Source of the DNA: Trichoplax adhaerens
Taxonomy: Eukaryota > Animalia > Placozoa
DNA length: 64,000 nucleotides
Direction of reading: 5' to 3'
NCBI RefSeq assembly: GCF_000150275.1
Contig: NW_002060944.1
Location: forward strand, 8,952,159 to 9,016,158
The position numbers and the translations under genes are program-made. Below the pieces are notes generated by a model that was not told the DNA's origin, made no database searches, and worked only from the letters and a program-made list of their open reading frames with translations. Below are positions 53,022 through 64,000 of this stretch, piece after piece (within the stretch, counting starts at the first letter, position 1; every line of letters begins with the position of its first letter).

Positions 53022-56000
53022 TCAGATACAACGACTTTTACTTCCTGATAGAACCAAAAGTTCTCTTATCATATCTTTAGCGCAACCGATATCCGATTTG
53101 ACGTCTTCGAGATTGTCTCTAATCTTGTTTATCCTGCGTTATTACGGATAAGTGATTGTTTTACCGCAGAATTAGTTTTATGACAATATTTAATCTTTTA
53201 AAATTTGAATATCAAAGTCTATAATTTTATACGATGTAAATAGTTGCTCACTGCTATTTTAAAATATTGCAAATTCCTCTTTTTAATAATTCATGCTAAT
53301 GATTAAATTAATTCATGATTGTCGTCGCTTAACTTACTCATTTTCCTGTCTTTTAATTTGCCATGCCAAGTCACATTTCTGAACAATTTGCGATTTTTCT
53401 TTATGTATACTTGCTAATGAAGATGTCTTTATCCAAATAAACTAACAAATTGTACGTTAGAGACAAATTAAAGTGACAACGATCTTAAAAGTCTAGAAAA
53501 ACATAAAATTATAGAGTGGTTGTTCTCACTTTCTTAAATTTATTTCTAGGCCCATTTACGAAGATTGTAATGCTTGGTTTGTAAAGTCGCCGACGAATAT
53601 ATAATGGTAACGTTCTATTAAATTCATTTATCATGCATATGTCCATGGTAATGCCAGTAATATGAGCATTGCGTTGAACTTTATTAATATCACCCACTGC
53701 TAGACCAATCTTAAAAATTGAGAGAAAAGTTAATTTTATTTTTAACATACTAAATTACTAGCAATAAAACGAAGATTACAATAAATGAGACTGGATGATC
53801 AGTTTAGAATCATGCAACAAGTTAAATGAGATTATCTTTAGTCATTATCCTGTATAATAAGCCCTGACTATATAGAAATATACGTTACGCAACTTCCAAG
53901 CGCATTAAGGATTTTCGAGGGGATAATTTATAATAGAGATCATAAGCTAGAGCTTTACATAAAATTTCAACTACAAAGGTTAGCATACCAATAAATTAAC
54001 TAATCCAAGATTAACCAGAACAATAAGCATAATAAAGAAGGCAAATCCAAGACCAGTATTTGACAAATTACCAGAGAAATGCAATTCTCTAACCATCTCA
54101 GCAAAGTTAATATCTCCAACCATCATCATCATAGTTCTAACGAAAGCAATGTGGAACCAATAAAACTCGAGCTGTAACAGAAATTATTTTATCAATAATT
54201 TAAATTACTGATATGGTATCTGATTCCAAAAAGCAACTCATGCTTAATCTAATATAAAGGTATCCTTCTTGAAAAAATATTAATACTGTGCATCATCCTG
54301 AAATAATGAAATGCAAAGTTAACGCTATCGTGATAGAAAGGTGCTGTTGATTTTCAACTCCTTAAGAATATTATTTATCAATTACCGTACCTGAGAAGGA
54401 AAGGTTAAGCTGAATGCAAGGGTAAAAGCAACAATAATGAGTATGACGATAAATATCACTTTCATAATAGTCATGATAACTTTATGAAACATAATGATGT
54501 AAATTCCAACTTGTCTTGCTCGTTGAAAATAAACCAAAACATTAATGTAAGCTAAGAAGACAGCAACCGCCCCAATCTGACATCTAAAGTAGGTCAAAGG
54601 TTCATATATTGGTAGTGAAAATAATGTTGAGGTGATGATTAGCAAGATATCCAATATATTGAACAAAATAGAACTGAAGTAATGGCATTTCTAGGTAAAA
54701 AATTGAACAAATGAATTTTAGAACGCGAATACCATCAAGTCTTCACATGATAAAGTAAGAATAATATACAGATGTTCGTAATGCTTGTACTGGGTCAAAA
54801 TTTGAATATCAGCAAAAATGATGTACCATAAAATACGCAACCAATAAAATTCGGCTTAAAGCAAGGCATGATAAGATCAAAATAGCAATTCGGCCGCGTA
54901 TGTCAGCTTCCTGTAGAGGTAACAATAAAATCCGATATAATAAATTGCGGCACTAATTATATCACATAATATTAAAATATAATTAGATGTAAATCTACCA
55001 TACAAATATTAAATTAGTTAAATTAACTTATCAAAGATTACATCAGTAAATAAATTTATTTTAAGTACGCAATTCAAATATTTTAAAGTATAATAAATTC
55101 TACTGACTAGAATCAAGGCCTGTAGTCATGCTTACTATTAAAAATAGAATCACACTAGTAACTGATTTCGGAACATTTACCGTTGGTGGCCGACTAGGTG
55201 TTAAAGCCACTGGCCCTTTCATTACATTGGAATAATTATTTGATATTCCAAGAAATCCATATATTTCAATAGTAATGTTTGTTGAAGTTCCAATTAAGTA
55301 GATAATGAAGTATAATGCTTGAATATAATATAGAAAATTTAGCCCAGATTGCCTAATTGTAAAAATAGAGTAATGCCTATCAATAACTTACTCTTAGACA
55401 TTTAACACACTGCGTGGTATGATGAGTATCTCTTAAGCAAGGAGCGAATATTTTCTAGCGCCAAAGCAATTATGAATTTAAACTGAATCGTGCTTAGACA
55501 ATTAACTTACCATTTCTGACAACGATATGCACTAATTAATGGATGTGTTAGCAATTTTTTCTTTCCTAATTCTGCCATTGTCTAATAAAATCATTTTATT
55601 TAGATAATTAAATTTACGAAATAGTTTAATTTTTAATAAAGATGGAAAATTTTATAGATTTTCAACTGCAATCGAGATAACTTACTACTATGGCAAGATA
55701 TCTATTTTGTATATCTTTTAATTGACAATCATCTGGCCTTGATTCAAGGAATTGGAAATTATACGTAATCTTGGATTTACATACATGGTAAAAAGTTCGT
55801 AAAATCAAATGCAAATTAAATTATGCAAAATACATTGTATGAATCGTTTTACAATAAATTACCAATCATCGTAAACAATCTACAATTTTAGCTAAGATCC
55901 TACTTAAAGGTTAATCAGGTTACTACCGCATCTTACAGTTCTATCCGGATCATCATAGCTGTGATTTGAATGATAAATGCAGCGATCCATAACAGCCTGT

Positions 56001-59000
56001 TTAAGATTAAATTGATGCTCTTACTTCAAAGTATTACCTATTTAAGTTCTATAATTAGATATACGTATTACTTTGATAATTACCTCAGCTGCAATAGGCA
56101 TCTTTTCAATTAATCTCTTCATAGGCGTATAGCCATCAAGTGATCTAGACATCATAACCCTCTCCCATCTGAAGGGCATTTAGTAAGTAGAATTAATCAT
56201 ATACAAACTGACTGTTAATATAATATTCAAACTTATGTAATTTGATAGCAATTTAACTTCCTTTCCACCTCAGCAAGTCAGTAATTATTTCAGACAAAGA
56301 CCCACTATACTAACCCTTTGCTCTTTATTATAGCTACAGCTACTTCTATTTGATTGTATTCAATTGCGACATCTAAACATGTCTGGTTCTTGTCATTAAG
56401 AGCAGTAATTGGAGCACCTTCAAGTAATAAGTGCTCGATGACGTCTACATGACCATTTATGCTGGCAATATGTAGCGGTGTATTCTAAATGAAGTTAAAT
56501 TGCGATTAAATAATTGCATAAATTTATCCTATTGATTGTATAATTATTACATACGGATAATGTTTTATGACAGACTTATCATCCTAGTATCAGTACGAAA
56601 CTATAATGGTCTATTTGCAAATGCTAACATCGTTTTTATTACGACAATCAATTTTTGCGCTGTGATCCAAAAGTACGGATATAACATCCCTAAATCCAGA
56701 TTTGGCAGCGACATGAATTGGTGCACCAAAACAATTATCCCTAAAAATGTCAAATATGAATTAGATATTTATTTACAAATTCAAACATTTTAAAATTCAG
56801 TGCCATTGGAATGTAAGATTTTAAATTTCATTTATGTTACCGATAAGCAAAAAGTCAAAATTTGAAGTTCACATCAATGAATCATAAAAATAAGTGAACA
56901 CTAGAATGGAAGAAATTTACGGCATTAAAAGTATAACAGGAAGGTAATGTACCTCGCCTCAGGATCAGCACCATATTTTAATAGTAATTTGACAAGTCTT
57001 TTGCTACCGTTAATGGACGCAAAATGCAGTGGCCGTTGACCAACTTTGTTCCTAGCGTTAACATCAACTTCACTTCTCATGTTACAGATCATTTCAACCA
57101 TATCGTAATGATCATTTTTGGTTGCTAAATGGATGGCAGAATTCTCTTCATTATCTGTGCTAGTAACTTTAGATCCCTTCTGCAAAAGGTACTCAACAAT
57201 CTATTGTTATAGAAGAAATTACAGTTTAAAAAAATTCTGATACACGGGTATCTAGTTTTTAGATAGAAGTGTATTTTAAATTTCATGCAAATTAATGCCC
57301 ATTAAGGCTTAGTACCTGAGAACATTTAATACTAACTGCAGAATATTGATACCTAATTATACGCTTAGTAGCCTTAGTCATAGCGTTTAAGTCACGAAAA
57401 TACTTCAGAATCGAATGAATGGAAGAAAATATGATGGTGATAATTGGCTACGTAAATCAGATGTAATACTACTAGCAAATGAAAGTTTGAGCGCTTCCAG
57501 AATATGTCAGTTATCATAATTACCGTAGCAGGTCCTCAAGTAGTAAACTCTATATGTGTAATACTTAGCAGAGCATAATGAAAACTATAAGATTTGTCAA
57601 AATTTAATCTAAATTTTTTGAAGAGCGCGAGTCTTAGTGTTTCCACTTGAAGGAGCAATTCATCTTTAAATTTGTTAATTTAGGTATACAATAGAAATAT
57701 TACAAGTAGTTGTTTACATAACAATCTGAAAACTTTCACTGACAAGCTCCTCAGTTCACAGTAAAATTTGCTTGGGCTATTAAAATTATGGGAGATATAT
57801 AAACAATCATCCAACATCGATGTCTCAAACATTGACCACACCTGGCAATCTCCTTCTCGAGCAGCAATTAAAAATGGTGTGAATCCTCCACTATCCTTCT
57901 TCCCTGACATGCAGTTGCAACATTCCTGAAATAATACCGATAGTCCGTTCCAAATATAAAATACACGGCAATTGTAGAAATATTATTGAGCTTAGCTTTC
58001 AAATCAATCTGTATATTACCAAGATTAATATAACGCATGGATTTACTGCTGGACAATATTATATCACAATTAAAGTATATATATATTCGAATTGGTTCCA
58101 GTCTGTCTTACATCTAATAAAAATTTCAAGATTTTGAAGCTACGCTGCTGAGCAGCAAGATGCATTACTGTCTTGCCAGTTTTGAGACAGCAGGATTTTT
58201 CAGCTCCTAATTCTAGTAAAAGACGACAAGCTTCGAAGTATCCTTTCCATACGGTGTACATCCAAGGGGTAAAATCGTCAACATCTTCTATATCAATATT
58301 TGCCCCCTACGAGTTGATAGTGCCACAAATTTTTTAGAACTAATTTAAAGCAGCTAATGGTTATAATTAATCAAAATTGCCAAATGTAAATTCATCAAAA
58401 TTTGCATTCAAACAGACTGTAATCTATTACTGACTTGACTAATTAAATATTTCATCATCTCAGGGTGATCAGCACAGGCAGCCTTGTGTAAGCTAGTCAT
58501 TTCAAAGTTGTCTCTAGTATCAATCAATGCACCATTATCAACAAGCAATTTAGCGATATCAACATTGCCAGATGTAGCAGCGTAATGCAGTGGCGTTAAT
58601 AATTCATTCTGAAATTTGAATGGTTATAGAGATGATATTGAGATTATTTCCTTTAAACTAGTGAATTTTATTTGAATATTTCATATTATATGCCATTACA
58701 GTCATGGCATTCACGTCGGCCCCTTCATCAATACAACGCTGTACAATCTAGATCAACGGAATAGAAACAGTTAGCGATGCTACTTTGATCATTCAAATAC
58801 GTCTTCTTATCCGTTCATTTATAAGGTTACATCTATTACTTTATGTAAAATGCTAAGTATAAATAAGAATTCTAATAATATACCTCTAGACAGCTGCCAT
58901 CTACAGCAATATGAAGAGTAGAGACATTTTCTTTATCGCAATGTTCAATAACATTAATTCCTAACTGTTTAGCTAAATAAGCACAATTTATAGGTTATTC

Positions 59001-61095
59001 CATTTAAAGGTGAAATGTAATTTTTCATAAAATTTTCAATATTTAGACTACATGCAATCAACTGTACCTCGATTTAAAATCAACATAAATCCTTCATAGT
59101 TCTTCCTTGTAGCGGCATAGTGTAAAGGTGTACGACCGCGAACGGCTGGATTGGTAATATCCGCATTAGCTAACAACTGAAAGTACGAAAAAATACTTCA
59201 GTTTAATATAACAATATAAAAATTCTGCTAATATCAATCTGTTTCAATTCAGAATGAAAAAATGTTTTTACCAGAGCTGAAACAATTTCATTACAACAAC
59301 GAAAGGTGGCCAAATGCAACGGTGTTCGGGAATCTTGACATACGCTATTAATCAGCTCTGGACGCTTTGCACATCGGTTAATAAGGTACTATACGATAGC
59401 ATGATCAAAGCAGTCTAAATTAAAATCATAAACATCAACTTTCTAATGTTCCAGTTCGAAAACTAGGCTGTATAACAAAAATCAGCTTATCTTCATAGTA
59501 TTACGTGATTATATATATATTAGGACACCTACTGTGGCAATATTAGTATGGCCTTTCGAGCTTGCATAATGTAATGGCTGAAGACCAAACTTATCATTTT
59601 TGTCTAGAGCAGCTCCTCTCTCAACTAAAACCTTGACAGTTTCATAGCTATTCTCCTTTATTGCTATATGTAGTGGACCAATAAAATCTTCTCCTCCCGA
59701 TATATTAATGTCTAATGCAGACAAGTTATTCAAGTTTAATTTAATTTCGAAAATATCAATTTGCTATTATGAAATTTATAAGTTAAGAAAAAAGATTAGT
59801 CTGTACTAGTTATAATAATACACATAGCATACAAATATTGTATCACTACCTGCCCCATTATCCAACAGAAAATATACAACATCAACATGATTATTAGCTG
59901 CAGCGTAATGTAGCGGAGTGTATAGATTTTCATCAGCGACATTAATTGCTTTTTTGTAGTTAGAGTTACGAAACAATGTCTTAACAACATGAAGTAAACC
60001 CATCCGGCATGCCTATTAAGATAGCAGGATGTAAAAAATTTAAGGCTGGTCGCTCATTATTTGCTTATTCTATAGTAATACCTTTCGATTATAGTTATAG
60101 AATTACATCAATAAATATGATAATCTCGAATATCAATAGTTCAAAATTTAAGGACAAAAAATTATAAAAATGAAACAAATGAAAGATTTTCTGTGCAATT
60201 ATTTATTATGGAGCATATTTTTCAATCTTAGAAATAATCAGAATTAATATTAAACATTGTATTAGTGCAGGCTTTCAAGCATGAATTTCTGATAGGAAAA
60301 TTATAATTCAGTGAAGGAGGACGAGCCTAGCCAGATACTACATCGATAATTATATCGATGTAGTTGTAACACTTTATATTACGATTAATTTAGTCGATAG
60401 TGCATAAGATGATTTTTTAATGAAAAAACTGTAGTATGATAGTTATTTATGGTTATGATCATATTTCTTGTAATTTCTATAGCGTCCAATTATTTATCAA
60501 TAATTAAAACAGGGAAAACTCTATCAATTGGAAATATAAATGTTGGCAATTTTCATATTTTTGCATTAGATTAGCCTTAGGTAACTATTATCGACGTTGT
60601 ATGCTGTTTTAATAAAATGGCCGGCATATTATGTTAAACTAAAATTTAAATCTTTCACATTTATCAAATAATAATAAATTTGCATATTAAAGTACTGCTA
60701 GTTTAACAAAACTTAATACTCATATTCGCAAGCAATTACGAGTATTAAGTTGAGTTGAACTAGTCCAAGGTCGATAGAATATTATATATAGATTATAAGT
60801 TATCACTTTATCGCNNNNNNNNNNNNNNNNNNNNNNNNNNNNNNNNNNNNNNNNNNNNNNNNNNAGATAATTTTACAAGTGTACTTTGCCTTCGAATTTG
60901 AAACGGCTGTCTTATAGCAACATCGACCGTTGTAATGCCTGACGGTTGATCCTCAGCGCTAATTGGAGAGGGCAAAATTTGCGGAAAAGCCGTTATATTG
61001 GCTGCTAATGATGATAATGCCGACCCATAAGAACCTCTATCACTTTTGATAGAGGTTCGCGAATTCATACGAATTGTTTTACCAATCTTGCTCAT
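53022..61095 (-). CDS. TRPA1: TRPA1-like ankyrin-repeat transient receptor potential cation channel (>=1040 aa; 5' junction hidden by assembly gap)
   Basis: 23 phase-consistent exons: 60012-59850, 59711-59533, 59388-59272, 59176-59068, 58972-58884, 58747-58700, 58608-58435, 58306-58112, 57925-57842, 57200-56953, 56740-56629, 56484-56315, 56168-56084, 55996-55937, 55769-55686, 55581-55511, 55352-55181, 54910-54827, 54690-54391, 54171-53989, 53709-53530, 53441-53338, 53133-53022. About 16-17 ankyrin repeats, linker ITYNFQFL and LLTHP..KW, six TM segments, pore MMMVGDINF, S6/TRP-like VNLLIGLAVGDINKVQRNA. The first exon (ATG 61095, running into the N gap) is tentative. The symbol denotes the family; orthology is not tested. 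Confidence 0.92.
60815..60864. other. Assembly gap (50 N)
   Basis: Run of 50 n in the sequence, interrupting the putative first TRPA exon. Confidence 1.
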
Positions 61096-62979
61096 GATAG
61101 TTTGAAGTAAAGAATCTAAACGTATATTTACTGTCGAATAATACTACAGTAAAAAGCTACTGAAAATACCGTGATTGAACTGAAATGCTTACATACGCTA
61201 TGCAGAATCGTATAAATATCTGCCGATTGCTGTCGCTTTAAATTAGTCAATATTAATGACCCTCACAGATTGTCAACAAAGAAAAGCATTAAATATCTAA
61301 TGATTTCATTTCGTCCAAAACAATTAGGCTCTCAATATCTCATTAAAATTCTTTAGCAGTAAAATGTAAACCGGTACTTTTGTCGTCTGGTACAGATTCA
61401 ATCTGTTAAAGTTGTTTGATAATTAAAAACTAATAATTTCGTGCTATATATATATAGATCTGTTTGTTAATATTATTAATCCAAAATGCTGAATCGTCAC
61501 GATTTTTAACTAGATCGAAATATTGACAGCCACTATGTCAGTACAGTCATTTTAAATAGTTATTTATACTAATTAACCTTTGTTTAACTTACAAAAACTT
61601 TTTTCCTACATAATAGCGAATTTAATACATTATTAATTTCATTGAAATTAATAATGCGTTTACAGCAGTACATATATTAATCAACATGTATTCAAGTTGT
61701 GTAACCTACTATTGTACAGATGAAAGCGCAAATATCAATTGTAAAGTTACCTTAATTTCACCGATTGCTGGGTTAGAAGCCATTTAATTTATTGCATGAA
61801 TAGACCATCAATACGGTCATTTTCATATTGCAATATCATCTGATATTAATCATTAATACTAAATATATTAATATCTATAGCAGAAAGTACTGCTTTATCG
61901 CGATAGCGATATGTCGATGAAACATTTGCTATTATAAACTGAAAATTAAACAGGTACAAGGAAATGACTATCAATATTAAAAGAATGCTAAGAGCTAGCA
62001 TTCAGCAAGGAAGAGTTTTCCAAACTAATATTCAAGTGCACCAGTATTTTTCATTAATCCAGAAATTTTTTTCAAACATGATCTAGAAGCTGTACTCGAG
62101 TATGTATTCTTTTAAGATTTTCATTCAATAAAAAGTAATACGAAATTTATTAAATCAGAAGATTGATTAAAAAATATTTTAAGAAACTAATTTATTGATA
62201 TTACTCTATATCGATTAGTTATATTTCCATCGAAGAAAATAACTATTGAATGGATTTGGATCTCCTATGTTACCGATTCGTATACAAATATGAGCACACG
62301 TGAAATTATTGAGCAATTATCGATGATCGGAGTGTGATATCCACCTATAGATGCCTAGTAATCATCTGATAACACCAGTATAATTTTAAAATTTATACGG
62401 AATTTAATTTTTCAATTTTATCTAAATGTCATGATTAATTGTTTTCCAGATCTCAAATTACCGACGTACACGTAGTTATGTTAGTTATACCAAAATATTT
62501 CAAATTGTATATGTATCTATCTAATTTGTCTCTCTTCTAACCAATCTGTCTAATAAAACAGTTTTCAAAAATAAGATATCGATTATTAATTTATCTTATT
62601 AGCATTCTCATTATATTGATCGAATTTACGTGATTGTCATATTGTATTGCATTGCACTGAATAAAATGATCACTATAAGATAACAGCACATTCGGGTAAG
62701 TTTCTACATAAAATATTTTGCATGGTATTGTCACGGTACGCCGTTACTAATTAAGTAACTGTTAATTAATGAATGCTTATGAATAGATAAGATAAGGTTA
62801 TGTGTTATGTTTAATGCGCTTGTAGCTGATAATAGGATGGTAGAAATGAGACAGAAATAGAAGTTGTTAACAATTAATTTACTGTAGGTTTATAAGGTGT
62901 GTTAATCTCTAAAAATTGAGCCGTATATTTAAGCGCGTGTGTTTTTAGAATAAAGTTAGTAATTACTCAAGAAACGGCA

Positions 62980-63420
62980 AGACTCATATCCTGAAGAATA
63001 GAGTAATAATTAGTCAGTTGTCTGTGGAGATCAGCCGAGAAATCGAGTTCTTAAATACTTCTTTCAAAGAAACTGAAAGTACTGGGAGAAATAACCCAAG
63101 TTTTAAGTAACTACACTAGAGTTCTTTACTTTCCTTTGCCACAAGTGAGGGTTGTGACAGGTATCTCTTACTATTTCGCATGAGGTGATGTCTGCATTTA
63201 TCGCCTTGATTATACCTACGTTAATAACGTCATAATTTTTATCTAATTTTGGAAGTATTTCACAGTAGCTCGTAATGATAAGTTTACTTCCATTCTCATC
63301 TGAATTGTAATTATCTATCAATCAGCATAAGTAGTGCACTTATCATTGTAGTCCTTAACTAATTTTGGAAGTAATTCTAGTAATTATAGTATAAGCGATG
63401 CACTTATCTTCTATTCTGTT
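62980..63420 (-). pseudogene. Possible decayed Polinton/Maverick-type retroviral-like integrase fragment, partly duplicated
   Basis: EILPKLDKNYDVINVGIIKAINADIT (ORF 63321-63103) and a second copy LELLPKLVKDYND ~117 bp upstream resemble the integrase segment D.LPKLV..YN...H..IKM.P.DV. Weak. Confidence 0.25.
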
Positions 63421-64000
63421 ACCGTAGTTGGTCTCATTAGTTACAAAAATAAGCTTACGCCCTTGGCCGAGGAATACTAAATCTTCTTCTAGTAGTCATA
63501 GACTTGGACTATCTAATCTTCATTTTTTACCATAGTTATTCTACAGCATGCATCGTGCGTGCGATCATTTTAGAGAACAATAAGCGAACTTCATTATAAT
63601 CATTTGTTTCTAGTTTTTCACCGACATTTCAATTCTATCTCGAATTCTATGATATCATCATTACAATTCCATTACAGTAATTAATCATGAGTTCATGAAC
63701 TTCGTAAGTATAATTAGCAAGGTAAATTATAAAAGTAGCAGTTCACACAGATGCCCAAGAGATTGTATTCTATTCAAATAATCGCAACATTTTGGCTTGA
63801 AACTGTTATTCTCGCATATCTGCCAAGGCTTTTCAGTAACCTAATGATTCAAAGGTGGCTGATATAATAAAAAGCTGATCAAATTAAATGATCGGTCATC
63901 ATAACCCTAGATATCTCTTTAAACTAGAGTTATAGCAATTAGACTCTAACCCATAGCTTTCAATCTAGAATCTTTTTGTTCAATAAGTATAATTGATGAA

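Overview
Eukaryotic, AT-rich (roughly one-third GC by eye) animal genomic DNA with many short GT-AG introns. The style fits a compact early-branching metazoan genome such as a placozoan (Trichoplax-like); this is inference, not proven. Bases 1-26.4 kb contain no recognisable gene, only decayed duplications and a possible retroelement relic. The remainder holds five genes. I reconstructed four exon by exon with consistent splice phases: aspartyl aminopeptidase DNPEP (+, 15 exons), ataxin-10 (-, 10 exons), a full-length STAT5-like STAT (-, 26 exons) and a TRPA1-like ankyrin channel (-, 23+ exons, 5' end interrupted by a 50-N gap). The fifth is an intronless, bacterial/fungal-type haloacid dehalogenase-like HAD (+), a horizontal-transfer candidate lying head-to-head with ATXN10. 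Two minisatellites (19x34 bp, 12x22 bp) each fall inside a predicted 5'-UTR intron. Highlights: the HAD gene apparently domesticated at a shared promoter; divergent DNA-binding and SH2 residues in the STAT; a TRPA lacking two of the key electrophile-sensing cysteines; a duplicated splice acceptor inactivated in the spare copy; a small MITE-like element; and possible Penelope-RT and Polinton-integrase relics.
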